Source: Octopus vulgaris (lineage: Eukaryota). From it: a DNA stretch of 64,000 nucleotides. Positions 1-9,760 of this stretch are shown here, in pieces (within the stretch, counting starts at the first letter, position 1; each line of letters opens with the position of its first letter). The notes below the pieces were generated by a model. The model had not been told where the DNA came from. It saw nothing but the letters and a program-made list of their open reading frames with translations, and did no database searches. The stretch spans positions 13,020,001 to 13,084,000 of the forward strand of contig OX597831.1 in the NCBI GenBank assembly GCA_951406725.2, given 5' to 3'. The position numbers and the translations under genes are program-made.

Positions 1-34
1 TTTACATTTCGAGCCTACGCTCTTCTACAGAAAG
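1..34 (-). ncRNA. Variant/degenerate minimal type I hammerhead ribozyme (cut by window edge)
   Basis: Minus strand reads CTTT-CTGTAGA-A-GAGC-GTAG-GCTC-GAAA-T-GTA-AA. Same layout as the motif at 50524-50558 but with A6->U. Confidence 0.6.
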
Positions 35-429
35 GAGCACAGAAAGAAACAAGGGGAGGAAAAAATGTGTGTAGTGGCTACCGATCTATCATGGCGACTG
101 ATGTATGCATACGCATGAACCCAACTTTTTGTACCGTTCTTGTAACTCACAGTGTTTGTGTTTTCGCCTATGCTGCTGCCATCGTGGTAGTTGTTGTTGT
201 CCATTGTTGTTAGTCTTGTTGTTGATATTGTTGCGGCCGTCTTTGAAGTCACCGCATGTGTGTTTGTGTATGTATATGGGTTCGCTTCCTATTTTATTTG
301 GACCCATACCTTTATACAATTTTTTTTTGTCTTTAATTTCTTCTTTTATATTTATCATAGGTAAGTGCATATATGTCTATTGTATATGCATTACGTTGTT
401 TGTATCTGAGTTTTTTCTCACTTCAGTCT

Positions 430-911
430 TTAGTCGTCATGTTGTGTGGTGTGGTGGTGGGTTTTATTGTTCCATTCGTGTTTCCTGTTGAGGCTCGATA
501 TGTCTATTGCTATGTGTGTAGTTCCTGTGATCTAAGTGTTGTTTTAGTTCGATGCGTTGATAATACTTTGACCTCTATGCTATTGACTGAGCCTCTACGT
601 TCTGCTTGAGCATGTTGATAGAGCACTGACGAACCTTTCTCTTCTTTGAGCTCTCGCCAGTCTTCACCTATGCGTTCTCTTATGTTGCGCGCTGTCTCGC
701 CAAGGTGAGCAATTGTTATGCTTCTGCACCGTCCCTCAGTACATCGTAAGTTATACACTATATTCCTAACCATACAGTTAACCTGTGGCTTTATCCTACA
801 TACAATACAATTATTCTCCGTACACAGGGACCCATCGAAGGGATAAGTTCTACAAATCAGGGATTTTATAGTGACACCAGGCCTTTCTACCACTTTAATA
901 CGTAGATTGGC

Positions 912-912
<1 letters not shown>
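430..912 (-). pseudogene. PLE GIY-YIG endonuclease fragment with Cys-rich linker, frameshifted
   Basis: KANLRIKVVERPG..C-x4-C-x2-C..NIVYNLRC..C..HLGETARNIRERIGEDW..VLYQH. After a frameshift near 525 it continues ..THIAIDISSLNRKHEW..*. Homologous to 46943-47221. Confidence 0.85.
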
Positions 913-942
<30 letters not shown>

Positions 943-954
<12 letters not shown>

Positions 955-1221
955 GAAATGAGGTACTCAGAAGATCGGATGGTTTATATTTACAGATATT
1001 TATTTGTATATTACATTTTTTATATATATCATATCACTTAGATCATTAGCGCTTTCTGCCATTCTAGTGGGGTTTTCAAATCAAATGAAAACCCCACTAG
1101 AATGGCAGAAAGCGCTAATGATCTAAGTGATATGATATATATAAAAAATGTAATATACAAATAAATATCTGTAAATATAAACCATCCGATCTTCTGAGTA
1201 CCTCATTTCTTCTAATATATA
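943..1221. repeat. Perfect fold-back inverted repeat, ~135-bp arms, 7-nt spacer
   Basis: ~943-1078 is the reverse complement of 1086-~1221 with spacer AATCAAA. I found no mismatch. The outer ends merge into TA repeats. Confidence 0.95.
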
Positions 1222-1250
1222 ATACCTGTACATCATCTCCAAACCTTCCA

Positions 1251-2558
1251 ATATATATATATATAAAACTGAGAATGTGTGTCTGTCTGTCTGTGTGTTT
1301 CGCTAAATCTTGAGAACTGCACAACCAATTTCATTAAAATTTTACACATGCCTTACCTAGGCTCAGGGGAACGTCATCAGCAAAAAATGCTTTAACTTTT
1401 TGCCTAGGGCGAGCCTACAGCAATATCATATCTTCTCCACTACGATTCCCTAAAACTTGAGAACTACACAACCGATTTCATTCAAATTTTACACATGCCT
1501 TACTTAGGGTCCATGTAGTTTCATGGGCAAAAAAAAATGTTCAACTTCTTGCCTAGAGCGAGCCCATAGCAATATCATATCTTCTCCACTATTTCAGTAT
1601 TATGTGTTAAAAGTGAAACAAAAACATTTCTCTATTTTATGTCAGATACTTTCACTTTAACAATAAAAATAATAATAACAATTGAATTATATGTAGTAAG
1701 TAATAATTAAAGTATAATATAATCGTAACATAACAAAAGTAAAAATAGCAATTGGTATAAAATTGCATCAATGACTTGAACAAGTGGTTTCACATGAATG
1801 GGAATAAATTAAAAATAAAATTAGCATGCAGAAATGGAGTAGTCCAGATGGATAATAAAAAATTAAATTAAAGAAAAGGCTATTGTCTATAAAGTATACA
1901 ATATAGAAAAAAAAAATTTGAACACCTGGAGGAAAGCACCATTGAAAAGTGTCTTGGTGCGACTATGAAAAATATCTAACCAGAGGCGGTAAATTCGCCG
2001 AGGTCGACTTTGCCTTTCATCCTTTCGGGGTCGATAAATTAAGTACCAGTTAAGCACTGGGGTCGATATAATCGACTTAATACCTATATCTGTCCATGTT
2101 TGTTCCCTCTATGTTCAGCCCCTTGTGGGTAATAAAGAAATAGGTAAATTCGCTACAATAGAAGCAAGGTTCGAGTCAACAGAGCGTGCAAGGGAGTACT
2201 CGACTCGAACTTGCAAAGTGGAAATATTTTATTTTTACCTTTATATCTGGGACGTAGGACGTGCCGGATAAAAAAAATGCCCCCCCTCCAGTAGGTAGGC
2301 TGGATTGTAGCCACACTTCTATACAAGAGGGAGGACAAAATCCAATTGATCGAAATTGCAAGAGACTGGCTTACAATTCCTGTCTGTTATATATTTTGAA
2401 TATTGTTATCACTAGCGATATCAAGATATAACTTTGTATTTTGTGTTTTATGTGTAGATGTATATATATAGATGTACATGTAACATGTACACATATATAT
2501 ATACACATATATACATGCACTAGCACTATGACCCGGCAACGACGGGTCATAATGCTAG
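1251..2558 (+). mobile_element. Non-autonomous Helitron with internal ~148-bp tandem duplication and nested SINE
   Basis: 5' TATATAAAA..(GTCT)n..CCAATTTCATTAAAATTTT signature; two ~148-bp units at ~1308-1455 and ~1456-1592; 3' hairpin ATGACCCG-GCAACGA-CGGGTCAT then CTAG|T at 2555-2559. Confidence 0.7.
1988..2153 (+). mobile_element. SINE family A, 5'-truncated, with 11-bp TSD
   Basis: GCCGAGGTCGACTTTGCCTTTCATCCTTTCGGGGTCGATAAATTAAGTACCAG core; direct repeat GGTAAATTCGC at 1988-1998 and 2143-2153. Confidence 0.9.
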
Positions 2559-2587
2559 TATATATATATATCACGGTTATCAGATAC

Positions 2588-2777
2588 TAACAGAAGAAGG
2601 AGTGAGAAAAAGTTATGGCGAAAGAATACAGCAGGGATCGCCACCACCCCCTGCTAGAACCTCGTGGAGCTTTAGGTGTTTTCACCCAATAAACACTCAC
2701 AACGCCCGGTCTGGGTATCGAAACCGCGATCCTACAACCACGAGGCCACTGCCCTAACCACTGGGCCATTGCGCCTC
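2588..2777 (-). mobile_element. SINE family C (tRNA-derived head), partial
   Basis: Minus strand GAGGCGCAATGGCCCAGTGGTTAGGGCAG..GGTTTCGATACCCAGACC has A/B-box-like motifs. Matches 14019-14331. Confidence 0.85.
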
Positions 2778-3007
2778 TCTCCACACACACACACACACAC
2801 ACATACACACACACACACACACATATATTTGAGTAGTTGAATGAATTATCTTGTTATGGATAATTCGGTTAACCGATATCTGGGTAGCAAATTCACATCA
2901 GAGAAGACACGTTTGAAGTTACGTGCTTTCGTGTAGAAATTTGTGTTTTTTTTAATATAAATATATGAAAGAATGGAGTTGAACAACGAATTAACAAAAT
3001 TCCTTTA

Positions 3008-3090
3008 TTTTCGACATATGTTTCGAAGGCTGCATATTCCTAATTGCGAAGGAATAAGGAGTATATTATGCCGCTTTCTCATCAGGTAAA
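3008..3090 (-). ncRNA. Type I hammerhead ribozyme, intact core, long stem II
   Basis: TTTAC-CTGATGA-GAA..(long stem II)..TTC-GAAAC-ATAT-GTC-GAAAA; palindromic stem III; GUC cleavage triplet; stem I imperfect. Confidence 0.8.
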
Positions 3091-3314
3091 GCAAGGAACT
3101 TATGTCAACATCAAGATGCACAAAAAACTTTTAGATGACTGCTCACACGGAGCCTATAGTGAAAATGAGTGTCTCTTTAAAAAATTCCTTTATAAGGAGT
3201 GACATCAAAATGGTTGGATGTAGAAGAATCTAGAAGGTTCTAGGGGTTCAAACGAAGTAGGAGAAGAGAGGCATGAACCCTTGAACCTTTAGAACCTTCT
3301 AGATTTCATATATT

Positions 3315-3358
<44 letters not shown>

Positions 3359-4088
3359 AAGAGAAAATTGCACAAAAGGGAGACAAAGGAACACACGGAA
3401 AGAACAAATATGACATGGGACAAACTCCTTCTTCCTCAGTTAACGATTCAGAATCCTCACAATTTCGCGTGATTTATACATGATTTTAAGTTCAATGAGT
3501 TTTATCGAGCCCTCGTATTAAGCGCGTTGGTGGAAAACTTAATTCTTTTAAACAACAAAATAGTTATCCATATTATTCCTCACACACAAGCGCACACACG
3601 CATGCAACAACAACAACACACACATACTTGAATCTGTCGGTTATGTTTACGAAATGAATCAGCCACTTGACTCGAAGAAATAAACAAAAATAGTCTGTGT
3701 GTTAAGCACTGTTTTTCCTGTTTGCACATCCAAAAGTGCCCGTGGGTGCAGGGATCTCTGTGAGAGCGCGTCTGATTTTATGCGTTTGTATGTGTCACTT
3801 CTGTTGTATATAAAGGGATTAAGTGAAAATTATTATTATTATTAATATTAGCTTTTGTGTATGTACAAATAACTGTATGTTTTCACACATTTTCAGTTAA
3901 CTTACAACATTTCGGGTTTGATGAAATCAAATACCAGTTAGATACTGGATCGATGTAATCGATTTGATCCATTCCCTTAAAAGCTTGCTGGCCTTGTGCC
4001 AAATTTTGAAAGAAATATTATTGCTATCTATTATATCATATTATTATTATTATTATTATTAGTAGTAGTAGTAGTAGTAGTATCATAA

Positions 4089-4712
4089 GGGCTGCGATCT
4101 GGCAGAATTGTTAACACACGGACGAAATGCTTAGCAGTATTTCGTCTGCTGTTACGTTCTGAGTTCAAAATTCACCGAGGTCAACATTGCCTTTCATCCT
4201 TTCGGGGTCGATAAATTAAGAACCAGTCAAGTACTGGGGTCGATGGGATCTTTTCGGTTTGAACGGCAGTTTTTAAAAATAATTTCCACGTAACTAAACA
4301 CTTTTAAACTTCGTATACTGGTAGAATGTGTTTATAAAACATCTTTTTCTCTTGGCTTTATTGAGAAAATTCTATAGTTTGTAAGATATTTGTTGTTTTT
4401 TTTCTTCAATTTCTGCAATTTCAACCAATCAATGACGTCTATTGAGGTGAAAACATTCTGTGCCTTATGAATATGTCCGTCGTTTAAGAAACATTCCCCC
4501 CACCCCTAACTAACTCTAAGTAACCCTAACTAACCCTAACCCTAAAACAGATTGAAATGCAATAGATTGATACTAGGGTCATAATTATGGGTGACAATTT
4601 CATATGACACCGCTAGAAAAACTGCCGTTCAAACCGAAAATATCCGGTCGATGCAATCGACTATTCCCCCGCCCCACAAATTCCAGGCTTTGTGCCTATA
4701 GTAGAAAATATT
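4089..4712 (+). mobile_element. SINE family A interrupted by a DNA transposon
   Basis: Head GGGCTGCGATCTGGCAGAATTGTTAAC..GAGTTCAAAATTC, core, and the tail resuming after 4645 (..GGCTTTGTGCCTATAGTAGAAAATATTATT). Confidence 0.85.
4246..4645. mobile_element. 400-bp non-autonomous TIR transposon (Merlin-like) carrying CCCTAA-type repeats
   Basis: TIRs GGATCTTTTCGGTTTGAACGGCAGTTTTT / AAAAACTGCCGTTCAAACCGAAAATATCC; 8-bp TSD GGTCGATG at 4238-4245 and 4646-4653. GG..CC termini plus an 8-bp TSD fit Merlin (superfamily call is inference). Confidence 0.85.
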
Positions 4713-5022
4713 ATTATTATTATCATCATCATCATCATCATCGTCATCATCATTCTTCTTCTTATTATTATCTTTCTTCTTTTTCTTCTTCTTACTTTTG
4801 TTGTTGTTGTTAGCGGAATCGTTTACACGTCAGACAGAATGCATAGCGGCATTTCGCCCGCTTTTACATTCAGAGTTCAAAACTTGCTGAGATCGACGTC
4901 TGTCTTTTCTCCTTTAGAGGTCAATGTAATCGACTGACTAACCAACTATAATCCCTAAAACTGCTCGCATTGTGCCAAAATTTGAAAGAATTATTATTAC
5001 TATAACATGTTACCTATTAAAG

Positions 5023-5279
5023 AATAAAATACCTATTTCTTTACTACCCACAAGGGGCTGAACACAGAGAGGACAAACAAGGACAGACAAACTGATTAAG
5101 TCGATTATATCGACCCCAATGCATAAATGGTACTTAATTTATCGACCCCGAAAGGATGAAAGGCAAAGTCGACCTCGGCGGGATTTGAACTCAGAACGTA
5201 ACGGCAGACGAAATACGGCTACGCATTTAGCCCGACGTGCTAACGATTCTGCCAGCTCACCACCCTTTAATAAAATACC
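5023..5279 (-). mobile_element. SINE family A, full length, with TSD
   Basis: Complete head, core and long tail; direct repeat AATAAAATACC at 5023-5033 and 5269-5279. Confidence 0.9.
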
Positions 5280-5402
5280 GTATAGTTCTTCATCGTGCTG
5301 ATCTCTATTTGCGTTAAGTTCCCTCTCGACAGAGCACCAGTTTTATGCTGAACCACTAATAAATCTACAAATGTGATCACGACCACAGTTCATGCTTGGA
5401 TT

Positions 5403-5464
<62 letters not shown>

Positions 5465-5468
<4 letters not shown>

Positions 5469-5592
5469 AGCCTCTTAATGTGTTCTAATGTGCACGATAT
5501 TTTTATGTGAATAATATATAGTCTATTGACTAATTTTTTTTGTGCTAGGCCACTGGTAATAATAATTTCTATAATTCTTATTACCCTAATAT
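5465..5592 (-). mobile_element. Short terminus fragment of a (TA)n-associated element family
   Basis: Reverse complement TTAGGGTAATAAGAATTATAGAAATTATTATTACCAGTGGCCTAGC..AATTAGTCAA is similar to ~46189-46265 and ~47612-47687. It lies between two (TA)n runs. Confidence 0.65.
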
Positions 5593-5629
5593 TATATATA
5601 TATATATATATATATCGTATTTTAAATTT

Positions 5630-5980
5630 TATTTTTAATTCCATTCCAATGTTTATGTGAAACTCCTTACCAACATAAAATACTATCTACTAATATTTAC
5701 TTCATTCATTATAATATTATTTTCAATTACAGATTTTAAATTTTAAATTTACAGATTTTAGATTTTAAAAATCATCATTATCCTTACTATTAATTCGTAG
5801 TAAGGATAATGATGATAATCTAAATTTTTTAAATCTAAAATCTGTAATTGAAAATGATATTATAATGAATGAAGTAAATATTAGTAGATAGTATTTTATG
5901 TTGGTAAGGCGTTAATTGGTAGGATTTGAACTAGGATAGCTAACTTCACATAAACATTGGAATGGAATTAAAAAAAAAAT
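5630..5980. repeat. Imperfect fold-back inverted repeat (~160-180-bp arms)
   Basis: Centre ATCATCATTATCCTTACTA-TTAATTCG-TAGTAAGGATAATGATGAT; outer arms TAATTCCATTCCAATGTTTATGTGAA / TTCACATAAACATTGGAATGGAATTA; indels between arms. Confidence 0.9.
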
Positions 5981-6022
5981 ACTATAATGGAATGGTCTGA
6001 ACTGAGCTTAACACAGGCCTTT

Positions 6023-6102
<80 letters not shown>

Positions 6103-6704
6103 GCACGATGTGGGATGTATATAAATGTATGTATATACACATTTATTAATATATCTCTCAGTACAAAAACGGGAAACCTATAATTTGTTTTTTCCTCTTA
6201 ATGAGGACAATATTTCAAAGAAGAAAGCCTACAACGGCTGAAGTTCAATTTTCCTACACAGAATAGGTTACACAGAATACATTAAAGGCGGGAAAACCTA
6301 TATCGTGTTTTTTCCTCTTAACGAATATAACAGTTAAAAAAAATAATAAAGTCTACAACGGCTGGAATTAAATAATTAACAGTTCTTATCCCACCCCCGT
6401 TGGGGAGTGGGGCGCAACGATAAGCCTACAACGGCTTCAAAAAGTTCAATTTTTAGCATATAACGATTGCCAAAATGGCTTTAGACAAACAATTCCTTTC
6501 TCCCGTCACCGGGGAAAGGCACAAAGAATATCAACAGTTCAATAATTTTCAACAATTCAAAAATGTTCGACACGATAACAATAAATTAAATTTTGAACAA
6601 AACTTTCAACTTACCAAAAACACGTCCGACAACGAGACAGGTCAGCAAGCAACTTACCACACAGCCATTCCTGCGTCTCTCACTCTCTCTATACATATAT
6701 ATGT

Positions 6705-6905
6705 GGAGGCGCGGGGCTTAGTGGTTAGGGTGTCAGCATCATGATCGTAAGATTGTGGTTTCGGTTCCTGGACTGGGTGACGCGTTGTGTTCTTGAGCAA
6801 AACACTTCATTTCGTGTTGCTCCAGTCCACTCAGCTGGCAAAAATGAGTAACGCTGCGATGGCCTGGCGTCCCGTCCAGCTGGGGAACACATACGCCATT
6901 GAAAC

Positions 6906-6963
<58 letters not shown>

Positions 6964-7044
6964 TAATAAAAGATCCGCGCCCTTTTAAAGCCTAGCCAGG
7001 CTCATGGGCCTGGTTTCCCGGTTTCAATGGCGTATGCGTTCCCC
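6705..7044 (+). mobile_element. SINE family C with its 3' tail inverted
   Basis: Head GGAGGCGCGGGGCTTAGTGGTTAGGG at 6705. The body stops at GGGGAACACATACGCCATTGAAACC (6882-6906), and the tail occurs reversed at ~6970-7044. Confidence 0.8.
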
Positions 7045-7120
7045 TAATATATATGAGGATATTATTGTTTACAATAATATCAAGTGGCATAGCATGCGTA
7101 AATAAATACCACAGGGTAAA

Positions 7121-7356
7121 AATTAATAATTAAGGGTGCTCCAAGTGACACCAGCACGCTAAGAATAGCAGCCAGAAGTCGACTACAACCACTGATCCCC
7201 CGCAATTCATTTCGTTATTGGTACGGCGGCTTAGAATTTCTGCTCATTCCCCCGATTTCAATTAATGTGGGTCAGTGGAAATGTGTGGTTGTAGCCGTCA
7301 CGTGACTGCAATATTTAGCGTGCTGGCGCCACATGTAGCACTCTTAATGATTAATT
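7121..7356. repeat. Diverged fold-back (~70-bp arms)
   Basis: AATTAATAATTAAGGGTGCT..CCAGCACGCTAA..CTACAACCAC versus GTGGTTGTAG..TTAGCGTGCTGG..AGCACTCTTAATGATTAATT. Confidence 0.75.
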
Positions 7357-7517
7357 ATATATATATTTATTTATGAATACCCTGTATATTATACAGAGTG
7401 CTCATAAATTATCTTTCCTCCAAAAACTGCCCATCGCCTACATGTGTTTGCATGCAACCAATTGAGTTCGCGTGGAAATGGTCTGACTTTTCTAATAAAA
7501 TTTCGTTTCTCTTGTGT

Positions 7518-7723
7518 CTTTTACATGTTTCAGTCATTAGACTGCGACCATGCTGGGGCATCACCTTGAAGAAACTTTAGTCGAATTGATCGACACGAGT
7601 ACATTTGTTTTTTAAAAACCCGGTACTTATTTTGTCGGGTTCTTTTGTCGAGCCACTAAGTTACGGGAACTTAAATGCGCAAACATCAGTTTCAAAGTGG
7701 TGGGGGTGGGGAGACACACCCAC

Positions 7724-7776
<53 letters not shown>

Positions 7777-8078
7777 CAGGGTGATTCAAAAGTCACCATA
7801 AAAAACGGTTTCTTATAAAAAAATAAATTGGTCTGATGTCTGGCAACTTTTGAATCACCCCGTATATATATATATATATATATATACACACCCACATGCT
7901 CAAACGCACATTTATGTATAACGGTCTTCTTTCAGTTTCCGCTTACCAAATCCACTCAGAGGGCTTTGGTCAGCCGAAAGGTATTATAAAAGACACCGGC
8001 CCAAGGTGTCACGCAGTGGGACCGAACCCGCAACCATGTGGCTGGAAAGCAAAATTCTTACCACACATACACTTCTGC
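7518..8078 (-). mobile_element. SINE family B (tRNA head, CORE-like segment, internal microsatellite)
   Basis: Diverged match to the better copies at 36705-37080 and 62677-63062. Confidence 0.85.
7777..7862. mobile_element. Tiny Tc1/mariner MITE inside the SINE microsatellite
   Basis: TIRs CAGGGTGATTCAAAAGT / ACTTTTGAATCACCCCG flanked by TA. Confidence 0.85.
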
Positions 8079-8173
8079 CACTATATTTTTCACTAAACTC
8101 TGTCGATTTATCTTTATTTTTCATGTTTTCCTGAATTTTTCAAATTGCAGAAGTAATTCATATATATATATAT

Positions 8174-8256
<83 letters not shown>

Positions 8257-9302
8257 TATATGTATATGTGTGTGTGTGTGTATATATATATATTTATATA
8301 TATATATATACGTATATGTGTATATATATATACACGTTTTTTATGAATAACCGGTAGAAGTGCATGCATTTTGAAATATTAAATGAATTTAGGCGTCATT
8401 GATTTGAAACAAGTCTGATTATTATCAACATATGAAACATACGAACACACATACATACAAATGTACGCACATACATACATACAGAATCTCACCCTCACAC
8501 ACACACACACACTTACATAGACACACGTGCGCGCCCATATACACATAAGGGCATTCTGTATATTAGCATTACTTAATTTTCGCTTCCATCTGTCGACACA
8601 TAAATCACAGCCCACCTCTGCTCGCTCAGTCACAGCAGCAGACCAAGCCAGCTTTTCTTACGTTTTTATGTAACGAACAAATGAAAGGGGAATTGCTGAT
8701 GTCAACGAAAATATGAAAAGAATGTGTTGTTGTGGAGAGAAGCTGATCAAGTCAGCATTCGTATTTCTTACACATTTTGGCTGCCTTCGTCTGTTTTTAT
8801 AATGTTTGCTAGTGACACTAAGGCAAACAAAAGAAACGATACAGCCATGATATCGGTGATGGTAAAAGTAATAGTAGAGGTGGTGGTGGTGGTGGTTGTG
8901 GTGGTAGTGGAGATTCGCGTGGTGGCATTGGCTGTGGTGTTGGTTTCACGGTGAACGTCTGACAACTGGTGTCATTCGTGGTAGCGGTGCTAGTGTCGTT
9001 GTGGTTGTAGTTGTGGTGGTGGTGGTGGTAGCGATAGTGATTGTAGGGGTCGGGGTCGTAGTGTCGGTTGCCGATTTGCAGCTAGAGGTCGTGGTGGTGT
9101 TGGTGGCAACGGTGGTGGTGGTATGCATGTGGGGACTATACGCCTTAAAGAATCCGGGCAACCGGTTTTATGAACTTATGACTTGGGAAGTACCTTTGAT
9201 CCTTTACTGTATATATACAAGCATGCATGAATCTATATATACCTATTTATATCTATATATGGTTATATATGTATATGACTATATGTGTATTTATATGTAT
9301 GC

Positions 9303-9333
<31 letters not shown>

Positions 9334-9509
9334 TGCAGGCATGCAAGTGTGTGTCTGCATGTATATGTATATATAGGTATAATATGTATATATGTATGTA
9401 TGTATATATATATATATAATAAAAAGTAAATAATATATAGTATATATATATATATATATATACATACACACACACATATATATATACACATATATATATA
9501 TACATGCAT

Positions 9510-9760
9510 ATCTGGGTACAGGACGTCACCAACGCTGCAAACAACATGAAATACGTAAACAAACGAGTTAAATATGTAAAGAACGAGAGAAAAAACTGGA
9601 AAACATGTCAAGTAAACACAGAGAAAGTACCCATCACCAGTTGTAAGGTGTCTATCTACTCATTTCTAGTATTCAACGACAATATGAGTCTTCAAAGACA
9701 GTTGCTCCCATAAATTCCAAAATTAAATTCAGGATTTATGGAGGGTCAAAGTTGGGAACA
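9510..9760 (-). mobile_element. pLTR-like fragment beginning TGGGTACAGGACGTCA beside a TA/CA run
   Basis: Shares its terminus and layout with 39309-39600 and carries degenerate hammerhead-like motifs. Confidence 0.5.

Larger units (their letters stand above)
1..914 (-). mobile_element. 5'-truncated Penelope-like retroelement (C-terminal GIY-YIG, 3'UTR/pLTR), runs off the window start
   Basis: GIY-YIG-like translation on the minus strand, then a simple-repeat-rich 3'UTR and a hammerhead-like motif in the same sense at 1-34. The 5' truncation abuts a (TA)n run at ~915-949. Confidence 0.85.

Noticed and set aside
2700-2777. tRNA gene (also 6705-6780, 31538-31610, 36705-36775, 45382-45470)
   Set aside because: The tRNA-like A/B boxes continue into shared SINE bodies with no proper acceptor stem or poly-T terminator. 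They are SINE heads.
4500-4546. Interstitial telomere or chromosome fusion scar
   Set aside because: The few degenerate CCCTAA units lie inside a TIR/TSD-bounded transposon.
7392-8356. Tc1/mariner element spanning SINE B (TACAGAGTGCTCATAAA / TTATGAATAACCGGTA)
   Set aside because: The TIR match is too short and degenerate, and an alternative partner lies immediately upstream at 7371-7386.
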